Origin: an uncultured delta proteobacterium
GTDB lineage: Bacteria > Myxococcota_A > Polyangia > Polyangiales > Polyangiaceae
Length of the DNA: 64,000 bases
Assembly: GCA_963696385.1 (NCBI GenBank)
Contig: CAVOKF010000005.1
Span: 96,001-160,000, forward strand
Reading direction: 5' to 3'
The position numbers and the translations under genes are program-made. Below the pieces are notes generated by a model, which made no database searches, was not told the DNA's origin, and was given only the letters and a program-made list of their open reading frames with translations. Position 1 is the stretch's first letter, and each line of letters starts with the position of its first letter. Shown in pieces: positions 18,795 through 28,505 of the stretch.

Positions 18795-19088
18795 CTGCCT
18801 ATCGCGTCCGTGGCCTCAGCGGCATCCAAGTCGAGTTGCGTCACCCCGCCCGCGTCATGCGTCCATCAGACGACATGCGCACATCCCCACGCGAGCTCGA
18901 CCTCCGGACGGTGGTCGTGCTTGTCCGCTAGGCGCGCGATGCGGACCACGAAGGCAGCGGCTGCAGCGAAGTCCGGGAAGCCAAACAGCTTTCTTTCCAA
19001 TACCATGCGCACCGACCCACTCCCATCCCGGGGCGGAAGCAAACCAGCTGTCGCCCAGGGCCGGACCGAGTTTGCCCGAGCGAGGCAT
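18791..19088 (-). pseudogene. Pterin-4-alpha-carbinolamine dehydratase pseudogene
   Basis: MPRSGKL..APGWEWVG, frameshift near 18990, FGFPDFAAAAAFVVRIARLADKHDHRP, in-frame TGA at 18868-18866, WTHDAGGVTQLD; natural stop overlaps the rnc ATG. Confidence 0.8.
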
Positions 19089-19234
19089 GTCCTCGAGTTT
19101 GTCTCGTCTTTGGGGCCGCCGTCCACTCGATGTGGCAAGGATCGAGCCCGACGTGTGCGGACCCCGGGCGACATGCCGTCGCGCCCGATCCGCCCACGGG
19201 AAAAAGCTTGTTGCCCGCGCTAACATCTCCGCTC

Positions 19235-19855
19235 GTGCTGGCATCGTGTCCGTTCTGTCACGATTTGGTCGATGGACGCGAAGGGCGTTCATGCTTGGTG
19301 TGCGGCATCGCCCTTGTGCCGTTTCATCGGGTATCTCCATCGACCGACGAACTCGAGGTCGACGGCATGCCGCTCCAGCCGGAACACGATCCATTACCAG
19401 TGACTTTTCTAGGACGTGGCCGAGGCCCGCTGGCTATGCTGGCTCTGGCGGGCGTCGCGGCGTTCCTCTCGTCGTGGGTCAAAGTCACACTGCCCGACAT
19501 CGTGACCTATTCCGGCTTCGCACTCGCCAGACGTCTAGGGTGGCTTTGGGCGGCAGGCATCGCATGGTGCGTGCTCGCACCCACGGTGCTCAGTCGCCGG
19601 TCCATTGCGCAGATGCGGGGCGCCCGCCTTGCGGCCGCGTTTCTCTCGGCAATTCCAGGGGTGGCGGCGCTCGTCCTTCTTGCCAGACCGCCTCACGGAT
19701 CGCACGGCGTACCGCTTCGCTTTGCGTTCGGGGCGGGTGTGTACGTCACGCTTGGTCTTTCCGCAGCAGCGCTGGCCGTGGCGCTGGCTTTCGGTGGTCG
19801 CGCGGACGACCTCCGTCTGCGCCGCGGATCCTCGCGTGACCAAGTCCTCCACTAG
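19235..19855 (+). CDS. Hypothetical membrane protein with N-terminal CxxC..CxxC zinc-ribbon-like motif
   Basis: CPFC..CLVC followed by about four hydrophobic segments; GTG start preceded by TAACAT. Confidence 0.6.
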   Translation: MLASCPFCHDLVDGREGRSCLVCGIALVPFHRVSPSTDELEVDGMPLQPEHDPLPVTFLGRGRGPLAMLALAGVAAFLSSWVKVTLPDIVTYSGFALARRLGWLWAAGIAWCVLAPTVLSRRSIAQMRGARLAAAFLSAIPGVAALVLLARPPHGSHGVPLRFAFGAGVYVTLGLSAAALAVALAFGGRADDLRLRRGSSRDQVLH

Positions 19856-19916
19856 CGTCGCGTGCGCACCGAGCAGACGCGTGCCAGACTTCGTGCCGAG
19901 CGATTAGGGAGTCCGG

Positions 19917-20727
19917 ATGGCCACCAAAGCGACCGCGGACCCTCGCTCCGACGGAGACGAGCTCGCGGATTCCGAAGTCCCTGCGGCGGTAGTCTGCGCC
20001 CGTTGCGGCGAAGCAGACTGCGCCGGATGCACTCACGACGAGACGCAGTCGGGGGTCGTCGCGGTCGTCCCTTGGGAGCGTCCGGGCACCAAATCGATTC
20101 GGACGATTGTGGGCTACGGCCCGAGCCACGACGTTGGATGCCGAACGGTTCTTCGAGTCGCTGCCCGATGGGCCGCTCGCTCCGGCGCTTCGATTCGCGA
20201 TCGCCTGTGAGACACTTGCGGCAACGGCCATGGCGCTTGCCGCTCTTGTCCCCGTTGCGATCTTGGCGCCCGCATGGATCCAGCACGTGGCCCTACACGA
20301 GGGCGCGTCGGCGTTCCGGTTTGCCGCCATCGGCGTGCCGTTCATCGCCCTGCTGCTCGTAGCCGCACACGCTGCTCACGGGTGGGCGCTCGATCATGGC
20401 GCGCGTCGTTCGGGCGCCCGCGGGGCATCGACAAGAGCGCTCCGCTTCGGCCTCTACGCCGCTGGCTGGGACCTCGTCATCGGACCGATTGGCGCGATCG
20501 TCGTGGTCACGAAGGAAGGTCCGGGCGCCGCCCTCTCGATCGGCACCTTCGCGGTCGGGCTTCCCGGTCGAAGTGCGAGAGCCTTTCTACGAGGTTGCTA
20601 CTGTCTCGAGGGGCTGCGCGCGCGGCCTGCGCTCCGCGCCTCGTATGTCGTGGCGATCGGGGTGACGCTGTTCGGTGCTGTCGCGGCCATCGCTGCGCTC
20701 CTGGTGCTACTCGCTCTCTGGTCTTAG
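19917..20727 (+). CDS. Hypothetical membrane protein (Cys cluster, VPWE motif, TM helices), split by a 1-nt frameshift
   Basis: ORFs 19917-20210 and 20107-20727 join (VPWERPGTNRFGRLWATAR) if one A is removed at AAA 20091-20093. Confidence 0.6.
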
Positions 20728-20795
20728 CTTGCGGTTCGCACGCGGCTGCGCCAGTGCCGTCGTCCGCGGTTCAAAACGATTAGGAGTGCCCGTCG

Positions 20796-22121
20796 ATGTC
20801 CGAAGATACGAATGCCGGGCCTGTGCGCGTCATCGAATCCATTCCGGTCGGTGGCGACAATGAGGTCGAACCTGCGGAGGTCAAACGCGAAGGCATTCCG
20901 ACGCCGGCTCACCTGCGGATCTATGCGGAACTCGCCCGCGGCGCGATGGGGCGGATTCATCCCGCAACCGATCGCAATTTGTTGCGACACGTCGCTCTGA
21001 AACGGCTCGACAAGACCCTGGCGACGGAGAAATTTTACCGGGACGGATTCATCGCGGAGGCGCAGATGACCGGTCAGCTCGAACACCCGAACATCGTTCC
21101 CGTCCACGAACTTGCGGTCGACGAGCATGGCGTTCCGTACTTTACAATGAAGCTCGTGCGTGGCGCGTCTTTTGACCGGTGGCTACGCGATCCAGCGCTG
21201 CCGCTCGGCTCCACCGATCGGCTCGAGAAGGGCCTCGAGATCTTCACGAAGGTCTGCGACGCGCTGGCGTACGCCCACCATCGTGGGGTCATTCATCGGG
21301 ACCTCAAGCCGGAAAACATCATGGTCGCGAATTTTGGCCAGGTCTACGTGATGGATTGGGGATTGGCGCGTCTGACCAAGACGAAGCCCGCGTCCGGAAG
21401 TTCGTCGCAAATGGAGGCTCCCGGCCCCGTGGGAACGCCGGGTTACATGGCGCCGGAGCAGGCGCGCGGAACCCCCGCCGAAATGGATGAGCGTTCTGAC
21501 GTCTTCGGGCTTGGTGCGGTGCTCTATGAGATCGTGAGTGGCAAGACGCCCTATGGCCCCTACTACGACATGGACTCGGCGATTCAACGAGCCCGCGAGG
21601 GCGCCGTCGTTCCCATCGACGAGGCGACGATCGGCATCGGGATATCGAAGCGCCTCAAGAGCATCGTTGCGCGCGCGACCGCGGCGATGCCCGACCATCG
21701 CTATCAGAGCGTCCTGGACTTGCAACGCGACGTATCGTCGTTCTTGCGCGGAGGTTTGCACTTGCCTCGCAAGGCATTTGCCGCGGGCGGCGTGATCATT
21801 CGCGAGGGCGACGTCGGAGATGCCGCCTACATGATCGTCAGCGGCCGCTGCCGCGCCTACCGAACCGTCGGGGTAGATCAGGAAACGCTGGCTATCATGG
21901 CGAGCGGCGATGTCTTCGGGGAAATGGCCCTTCTCCTTGATGAGCCCCGCGCGGCGACGGTGGAGGCGATGGACTCAGTCACGGTTCTTGTTCTGAGCAA
22001 GAGCACGATGACCGAAGGGCTCGGCATCGGAGGGTGGACCGGCGCGCTCGTCCGGGCGTTGGCGCAACGGTTCCGTGATCTCGAGCAACAGGTGCGCAGT
22101 TCGGGGCTGCGGCGCAACTGA
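20796..22121 (+). CDS. Cytoplasmic Ser/Thr protein kinase with C-terminal cyclic-nucleotide-binding domain
   Basis: ARGAMG, VALK, HPNIV, HRDLKPEN, DWG, GTPGYMAPE, DVFGLG; cNMP cassette GDVFGEMALL..PRAATV; AGGAG RBS. Confidence 0.92.
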   Translation: MSEDTNAGPVRVIESIPVGGDNEVEPAEVKREGIPTPAHLRIYAELARGAMGRIHPATDRNLLRHVALKRLDKTLATEKFYRDGFIAEAQMTGQLEHPNIVPVHELAVDEHGVPYFTMKLVRGASFDRWLRDPALPLGSTDRLEKGLEIFTKVCDALAYAHHRGVIHRDLKPENIMVANFGQVYVMDWGLARLTKTKPASGSSSQMEAPGPVGTPGYMAPEQARGTPAEMDERSDVFGLGAVLYEIVSGKTPYGPYYDMDSAIQRAREGAVVPIDEATIGIGISKRLKSIVARATAAMPDHRYQSVLDLQRDVSSFLRGGLHLPRKAFAAGGVIIREGDVGDAAYMIVSGRCRAYRTVGVDQETLAIMASGDVFGEMALLLDEPRAATVEAMDSVTVLVLSKSTMTEGLGIGGWTGALVRALAQRFRDLEQQVRSSGLRRN

Positions 22122-22124
22122 TCG

Positions 22125-22658
22125 TCACCGTGTCACGGGGAAGACGGAGTCGCGCGCGTCGCGGTGGCACGTCACGCACGGGGTAACCCGCCGGTCGGCT
22201 ACGGTTGCGCCGTCTGGAGCGACGGAGGCGAAGCTCCATTGCCCCTGCCTCTTCTCCATCAACAGCAATCCCGTGGGACGTTCGCCCCCTGCATCATGCG
22301 CGGTCGTGTCTTCGATCAGCAAGGCGCCGTCTTCCATTTGACGCTGGGCCCGAAGCGCGGATTGGGCAGCGGCGTTGACCCACACGACGGCGTCGAAGCG
22401 CTCGCCATGACCGTCGGAGAGAAACCGATTGGAAACCTGCACCATGTGCGACCGAACCAGGTGCGACCGAAAATTGGCGAACACAGGAGAGGGCTCTGGG
22501 GCTGCTGCATCGGTCGCACTCGCAATACGCTCGGCAGCGCGAGGCGGTGAGAATCCGACGGAACCAGCCGAACCGTAGCTGCAGCCAACGAACCCGATCG
22601 CGCAAACCGTCCGAACAAGCCACTTGTGGCCGATAGCCACGATTGTGCCGGGCGTCAA
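22125..22658 (-). CDS. Putative lipoprotein with cytochrome P460 / c'-beta-like heme c domain
   Basis: Lipobox-like FVGC; DGALLIE, LLLMEK..W.F, single C-terminal CVTCH followed by DSVF. Confidence 0.6.
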   Translation of the reverse strand: MTPGTIVAIGHKWLVRTVCAIGFVGCSYGSAGSVGFSPPRAAERIASATDAAAPEPSPVFANFRSHLVRSHMVQVSNRFLSDGHGERFDAVVWVNAAAQSALRAQRQMEDGALLIEDTTAHDAGGERPTGLLLMEKRQGQWSFASVAPDGATVADRRVTPCVTCHRDARDSVFPVTR

Positions 22659-22739
22659 AAGGACACCCCGGCCTTGAAAGATATCGTGGATTTCCGATCG
22701 CCTGAGATGCCGTCGACGGCCCCGGCACCCGCGCGGGCG

Positions 22740-23130
22740 TCAGCACGGCGCAGTCCGCGATTGAAAACGGTTCGTGTTCTCAGGCGAGAACGGATGGGTG
22801 TTCGGGTCGACCGCGCCATGTGTTCCCGGGTGCCACTATGGCACGCCGCCGGCGCAGGCGTTCGCGTGAGCGAATGCGGCTTCGACGCCGAGCCTGAAAC
22901 CGCCGATGCCCGTCGTGCGCGCGGAACGCATCGCGGCCGGTGCTATTGCCATTCCGAGCTCATTCATCAGGTTCACCCACGCAACATGGCTCAGCAAGCC
23001 GGAATAATTGTTCGGCACGGCGCGGGTCGCGAAGGGTGGGGCGAGTACCTCGTGCCGGGTTCTGGGCGATTTGCTGATAAGCGTCCCAGCCGGAAGTTCC
23101 GCGGTTGTGCGATCAGTCGCTCCGGCGCAT
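22740..23130 (-). pseudogene. Decayed fragment of a putative myxobacterial exported protein gene
   Basis: Protein-like blocks in different frames: APERLIAQP / QQIAQNP / WVNLMNELGMAIAPAAMRSARTTGIGGF..P*WHPGTHGAVDPNT. Family resemblance from memory only. Confidence 0.4.
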
Positions 23131-23217
23131 GCAAATGAGCTCCGATGCCAGGGCAACTGATGCGTTTCGCGGCTAAGGTTTGCGAGCGCGTAGCGTCAAG
23201 CCTGGTGCGTCGAACGG

Positions 23218-23754
23218 ATGCCGAAGACATTTTCCTCCAGGCCCCGCCTCCGCGCGAAGCCACTTGAGCCGTCCCTGCACGTCGTCCTCGTGGAGCCGGA
23301 GATTCCGCCCAATACCGGCAACGTCGCCCGCCTCTGCGCCGCGACCGCCTCGCCTCTGCATCTCGTTGGCAAGCTGGGCTTTCGTATCGATGAGCACAGC
23401 GTCCGCCGAGCCGGGGTGGACTATTGGCACCTCGTCGACATGAGGACCCACCCGCACTTCGACCATTTTTTGGACGCGTGGTCAATGGAATCGCCTTCGC
23501 GTGCGCTGCACCTTTTCAGCGCGACCGGGACCCGTAGCTACGCAGACGCCGCCTATTCCCCCGGCGACGCGCTCGTGTTCGGGAAAGAGAGCGTCGGGCT
23601 CTCTGAGGAGTTGCTCGCACGCTTTCCCAGTCGCGTTGTGGGCATTCCAACACTTGGAGCGGTCCGATCGCTCAATCTAGCGAACGCCGTGGGAATTGGG
23701 CTCTACGAAGCCCTGCGAAAGCTCGGTGCACTAACGGGGACCTTCATGGGATAA
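23218..23754 (+). CDS. trmL: tRNA (cytidine/uridine(34)-2'-O)-methyltransferase
   Basis: PEIPPNTGNVARLC, RRAGVDYW, FGKESVGL, RSLNLAN. Confidence 0.95.
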   Translation: MPKTFSSRPRLRAKPLEPSLHVVLVEPEIPPNTGNVARLCAATASPLHLVGKLGFRIDEHSVRRAGVDYWHLVDMRTHPHFDHFLDAWSMESPSRALHLFSATGTRSYADAAYSPGDALVFGKESVGLSEELLARFPSRVVGIPTLGAVRSLNLANAVGIGLYEALRKLGALTGTFMG

Positions 23755-23760
23755 GCCCAT

Positions 23761-24915
23761 TCATTCGAAGGCCGGGATCCCGGTCAGGTCCTGTCCGAGC
23801 ACGAGGGTGTGAATGTCATCGGTCCCCTCGTAGGTCACTACCGTCTCGAGGTTGCACAGGTGACGCATCACGGGAAAATCGAGGGTGATTCCGTTTGCGC
23901 CGAGCACGTCTCGACAGCTCCGAGCAACGTTGAGCGCGTTGCTCGCATTGTGCCGCTTGACCATGCTGACCTGCTGCGGTCGGAGACGCCCTTCTGCTTT
24001 GAGCCTCGAAGCCTCGAGCGCCATGAGCTGCATGCTCGTAATTTGGGTGATCATGTCTGCAAATTTTGCCTGGGTGAGCTGATGCGCGGCGATGGGTTTG
24101 CCCGCGAACTGAACGCGGCGCATTGCGTAATCGAGCGCACAGTCGAAGCAGGCCGTTGCAGCGCCGATGGTGCCCCAAGCGATTCCCAAGCGCGCCGCGG
24201 TCAGACACGACAGCGGCCCTTTCATGCCACGGGCGCCAGGAAGAAGAGAGCCCTTGGGGACTCGGACGTTGGTCAGCACTAGCTCGCTCGTGACGCTCGC
24301 TCGCAGGCTGACCTTTCGCTCGATAGGCCGCGCTTCGAAGCCTGCGATATCCGCCGGGACGAGGAAACCACGCACCTCGCCGTCGAGCTTGGCCCACACG
24401 AGCGCCACGTCCGCAATGCCTCCGTTAGTGACCCAGCGCTTGGTCCCATCGATGACGTACGCGCTGCCGTCGTCGGTCGCAACGGTTCGCATGGCGGCCG
24501 GGTTTGACCCGAACTCGGGCTCGGTGAGACCGAAGCAGCCGATGATCTTGCCTTCGGCCATCTGCGGAAGATACTTGTGCTTCTGCTCCTCGGATCCAAA
24601 CGCGAAAATCGGGTGCATCACCAAAGAGCCTTGAACGGTTGCGAATGAGCGAATCCCGGAATCGCCGCGCTCGAGCTCCTGCATCGCGACGCCGTAGGAA
24701 ACCTCGCTTCCGCCTGCGCAACCATACCCATGCAGGTTGCACCCGAGCAGTCCCATGGAGCCCAGTTCGCGGATTCGCGCGACGGGGAAGGTTCCCCGTT
24801 CCCAATGCGCCGCGATGTCCGGGAGAATGCACGCGTTCACGAACGCGCGTGTCGAGCGTTGTACGGTCTGCTCCTCAGGAGAAAGGTGGCGAACCAGCTC
24901 AAAAAAATCGGGCAT
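23761..24915 (-). CDS. gcdH: Acyl-CoA dehydrogenase, glutaryl-CoA dehydrogenase type
   Basis: ELERGDSGIRS, GCFGLTEP.FGSNP, SLRASVT, GPLSCL..AR.GIAWG, LGANGI, NLETVVTYEGT.DIH. Confidence 0.85.
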   Translation of the reverse strand: MPDFFELVRHLSPEEQTVQRSTRAFVNACILPDIAAHWERGTFPVARIRELGSMGLLGCNLHGYGCAGGSEVSYGVAMQELERGDSGIRSFATVQGSLVMHPIFAFGSEEQKHKYLPQMAEGKIIGCFGLTEPEFGSNPAAMRTVATDDGSAYVIDGTKRWVTNGGIADVALVWAKLDGEVRGFLVPADIAGFEARPIERKVSLRASVTSELVLTNVRVPKGSLLPGARGMKGPLSCLTAARLGIAWGTIGAATACFDCALDYAMRRVQFAGKPIAAHQLTQAKFADMITQITSMQLMALEASRLKAEGRLRPQQVSMVKRHNASNALNVARSCRDVLGANGITLDFPVMRHLCNLETVVTYEGTDDIHTLVLGQDLTGIPAFE

Positions 24916-24991
24916 TGCGTCTCGGCGGCGGCCAGGCGGTGGTGATCGGCGAAGGTTATAGGGGTGGCGCGGGGCCTAGCTCCGGCAATGA

Positions 24992-26584
24992 CTAGCGTTC
25001 GACCCGAATGCTTGGCGTTGCTCCCGTAAAGTCAGCGCGGAGAGTTGTCCGTTCGCCCGGGCTCAAGGTGAGCCGCTCGCTTTTCGATTCGCCCGTCGCC
25101 GGGAACGAAAACGTAACGGAATGCGTGCCTGGGTCAACCGTGGCGCGCGCGGGACAAGCCCCGCGCGAAATCCCGTCGACGCGTGCCAGCGTCCCGTCGC
25201 CGAGCAAAGTCAATTGCGCGCGCTCGATGATCGGCGTCGTGGTCGTAGCGCCAGTCGGCGGCGCCGCCGCAATTCCCGAACTTGCGGTGTTCGGAACCGA
25301 GGAGACCACTGCGCGAACAGGGGGAGCGGAGATTTCGGGGGCATCCCTCGCCAGTATTGGCGGTTCGCGCCGGGTGATAGCGAGGCCCCGGCCGAGAAAG
25401 AAGGCCAGCAGTGCGAGGGTGGTCGCTCCGAACGAGATGCCGAGCCAGATTCGTTGGCGCCCAATGTGGCCCCGCTCCGCTCGAGGGCCGGTCTCGAAGG
25501 GTCGCATCGCTACGGTCTCGACGTCTCGGATCGGGGCAGGCGATGTCGACCGGAGCCTGCGCGTCGACTCTTCGTTCGGGTTGCGCATCGCTTGCAGTCC
25601 GCGAACCTCGTCGCGCGCGGCGAATGTCTTCGTGCCGATCTGCGTTGCCGTCGGGCGCGACGGCGGGCGCTGCAGTCCGGGCCGCGGCTCGGTGGCAATA
25701 GTCGGAGGGTGAGCGCGCGCCTCGCGAACTCGATCTCCGAGCTGCCTTGCCACATCGCCGAGATCGACTCCGGAAAGAAAGCGTCGCAACGCCCGACCGA
25801 GATCGTCGGCCTGCTGGGGGCGCGACTGCGGGTCAAGCGACATCGCGCTCGCCATTGTGTCGTCGAGCGGAAGCAAGCGCACGTCGACGTCGCTCGCTTT
25901 CGGGTGCGCCGCCCGCATCGCAGCCTCGATCTCGTCGACCGTGCGCCGACGGAAGGGTGGTCGTCCATCCCAGAGCTCCATGAGCAGAACGGCAACTGCA
26001 AAGACGTCGGCGGCCGCCGTCAACTCGCCCCCGGCCATTTGTTCGGGTGGCATGTGGCCCGGCGAACCGAAAATGCCGTGGCCGCTCGCCGCAGTCGCTA
26101 CGGGCGACGCGATGCCGAAGTCGATGACTTTAATCTGCCCCTCTTCGTCGACCATCACGTTTCGCGGAGTCACGTCGCGGTGAACGACTCCCACTCGTCG
26201 GTGTGCGTAATCGAGAGCTCGGCAAACTTCGATTCCGATATAGGCTCCTTCGTGGGGCGTCAGGCGCCCGGGAGCTGCTCGAAGGAGCTCCGCGAGGCTC
26301 ACTCCTTCCACGAACTCCATGGCCAAAAAATACGTTCCCAGCTCGACGCCAAGTTCGTACACGGGCACGATGTTGGGGTGTGCGAGTGCGACCGTCGTTT
26401 TCGCTTCCTCGACGAATCGGCGAACGAATTCGTCGTCACAGGCGAGCTCGTCGCGAATTTGTTTGACCACCAGCCGCTTCTCGAACCCTCCGGCCCCGCG
26501 CAGCGTTGCAAGCACGACGCGGGCCATGCCGCCTCGCGCGAGCTCGCGCTCGAGTACGTACTTGCCGAATACTTGCGGGTACAT
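24992..26584 (-). CDS. Membrane-anchored Ser/Thr protein kinase with PEGA-like C-terminus
   Basis: FGKY, ARGGMA, GAGGFEK, HPNIV, HRDVTPRN, DFG, GSPGHMPPE; TM IWLGISFGATTLALLAFFLG. Confidence 0.92.
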   Translation of the reverse strand: MYPQVFGKYVLERELARGGMARVVLATLRGAGGFEKRLVVKQIRDELACDDEFVRRFVEEAKTTVALAHPNIVPVYELGVELGTYFLAMEFVEGVSLAELLRAAPGRLTPHEGAYIGIEVCRALDYAHRRVGVVHRDVTPRNVMVDEEGQIKVIDFGIASPVATAASGHGIFGSPGHMPPEQMAGGELTAAADVFAVAVLLMELWDGRPPFRRRTVDEIEAAMRAAHPKASDVDVRLLPLDDTMASAMSLDPQSRPQQADDLGRALRRFLSGVDLGDVARQLGDRVREARAHPPTIATEPRPGLQRPPSRPTATQIGTKTFAARDEVRGLQAMRNPNEESTRRLRSTSPAPIRDVETVAMRPFETGPRAERGHIGRQRIWLGISFGATTLALLAFFLGRGLAITRREPPILARDAPEISAPPVRAVVSSVPNTASSGIAAAPPTGATTTTPIIERAQLTLLGDGTLARVDGISRGACPARATVDPGTHSVTFSFPATGESKSERLTLSPGERTTLRADFTGATPSIRVER

Positions 26585-26594
26585 TCGGAGTTTG

Positions 26595-28436
26595 ATGCGA
26601 CGCTCTTATCGTAGCAAATGGGGTTGGTCGCTAGTACTTGCGATGGCGTCAATCGCTTGCAACAGAGCGTCTCGCATTACGACGCGCGTGGTGACGATGC
26701 ACGTAGTCTGTGCACCGGGCGGACTGACCCTCGATGGCAACGCGTACGCCATCTATTATGGGCTCGGCGACTTCGAACCCACAACCTCCCCTGTAGGCGC
26801 GCGAATGGTCGGCACGAGTACGGGGGCCTCACTCGCCGAAATTGATCCCGCGTCGCGGGCGCTCTTCATCGATGCGATGGAGAGCGATCGCGAGTGGTGG
26901 GGTGTAGGCAATATTGCGGTCCAGGGTAACGTGGACGTACTCGTCCTGCCGGCGCTTACGTCGTGCGGGCTACCGCCCCTTTCGAGTAACCCGAGCGGAG
27001 CGGTCTTGGGGGCAACCGGGGCGCAACAGCTGCTCGTGGTGGGCGGCGCGTCGACGACGTCTGTCGCTCACATCGATACGGGTCAAGTAAGGGCTGCGCA
27101 GCCGGATCTGCGAACACCGCGCTTGCATGAAAGCATTACGCCGTTTGGCGCGGGAGCTCTGGTAGCCGGCGGCGTCGACGCACAAACACCGGGATTGGTT
27201 CTCGCCGACGCAGAAGTCTACGACCCCTCCGTCGGCGGTTTTGACCAGCAGAATCCAATACTTTTGAGCGAGGCTCGCTCGGGCCATGGAGCCGTCGTCC
27301 TCGCGACTGGCGAGACGTTACTGGTCGGCGGAATCGGCGCAGACGGTGCAACGCTGCTCACTTCTATGGAGGTGGTGAATCCCGTCACTCGCACGGTTCG
27401 CGTCCAGAACGTCGCCGGCCTCACATACCCGCGACTTGGGGCTGACGTCCTGCTTTTGGCCTCTGGCGATATCCTTGTCGCTGGGGGTCTCGACGCGAAT
27501 GGGGCACCCGTGACTACAATGGAGCTCTTTTCGAGTGACGCCCAAAGCGAGCTTGCGACGTGGGCTGAGCCGGTGGTCGGGGGAGTCCGCGCTTATTCAG
27601 CACTGCCATCCGGGGGAGCACTCTTTGTGGTTACCCCGTCAGCCGGCTCCGGAATGGCCGACGGTGCGACGATCCGGAACAGCTGGCTGATCGATCCAGA
27701 CGGCACATTCGAGGCGGCCGCCCCTATTCAAGGTACGCTCACCAATCCCATATTTTTCGGGGGTGCAGGTGGAGCCCCCGCACTGTGGACGGGTGATCGA
27801 TGGCTTCGCTGGCAGCCCTGGAGTGGCTCCTTCGGAGCGCTCGGTTCACTCGACGACGTGGCTGCACAGGTCACGAACGCCACGATTTCGCCCGATAGCG
27901 GACTGGCGATGTGGCTCGACGCGAGCAGCGCCGACGTGACTCTCACCGCACTAAGATTCGACACGCGAAGCCCGTACTCGACACTCGACGAGCCGTTGCT
28001 AGTCGGCGACACTTCCAACACGGCCCCCGATCGGCTCGTTGCACCCGACGTCATCGCGTTTGATGCGGCGCTGGGGCTTACGTTGTCCCCTGGTGCGACG
28101 GTGTTCGTCACGGACCGCACGTACGCGGATGTCGTCGTGGATCTGGACACGCCGACGGGTGCGACGATTCTCGTCGTACTGCGCGACGAGCTCGGACGGG
28201 AACTCGTCGTGGGTGGAGAGGCATGCCCCGGGCCTCCCCCGGCCAGCGCGGCGACATCGATTCGCGTGGAGCGCAACGGGACCGAGGTCGTCTGGAGCGT
28301 GCCGAGCGGGCCCTCGGGCATTTGTCCCGAAGGCGTCGGGCAAGACGCGCGTCTCTCGCTCGGGGTTCGTGGAGCCGTTGGCGTGTCGCCTACCACCGTG
28401 CGTAACCTTCGAGTGACCCGCACGGGGACGCCTTGA
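26595..28436 (+). CDS. Kelch-repeat (beta-propeller) putative lipoprotein
   Basis: Signal ending ASIAC; kelch units PR..H....GALVAGG..AEVYDP, ARSGHGAVVLATGETLLVGG, PR....LLASGDILVAGG. Confidence 0.75.
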   Translation: MRRSYRSKWGWSLVLAMASIACNRASRITTRVVTMHVVCAPGGLTLDGNAYAIYYGLGDFEPTTSPVGARMVGTSTGASLAEIDPASRALFIDAMESDREWWGVGNIAVQGNVDVLVLPALTSCGLPPLSSNPSGAVLGATGAQQLLVVGGASTTSVAHIDTGQVRAAQPDLRTPRLHESITPFGAGALVAGGVDAQTPGLVLADAEVYDPSVGGFDQQNPILLSEARSGHGAVVLATGETLLVGGIGADGATLLTSMEVVNPVTRTVRVQNVAGLTYPRLGADVLLLASGDILVAGGLDANGAPVTTMELFSSDAQSELATWAEPVVGGVRAYSALPSGGALFVVTPSAGSGMADGATIRNSWLIDPDGTFEAAAPIQGTLTNPIFFGGAGGAPALWTGDRWLRWQPWSGSFGALGSLDDVAAQVTNATISPDSGLAMWLDASSADVTLTALRFDTRSPYSTLDEPLLVGDTSNTAPDRLVAPDVIAFDAALGLTLSPGATVFVTDRTYADVVVDLDTPTGATILVVLRDELGRELVVGGEACPGPPPASAATSIRVERNGTEVVWSVPSGPSGICPEGVGQDARLSLGVRGAVGVSPTTVRNLRVTRTGTP

Positions 28437-28505
28437 TCGCGCCGGTGCCACCGTTGACCGGTAGCCACTCGAAAGCGCTCCGACGACGCTGTACGCTGGG
28501 CCCCA

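Noticed and set aside
18866..18868. In-frame TGA as selenocysteine or Trp recoding
   Set aside because: Not a Cys position, the gene has other lesions, and TGA is the normal stop for many genes here.
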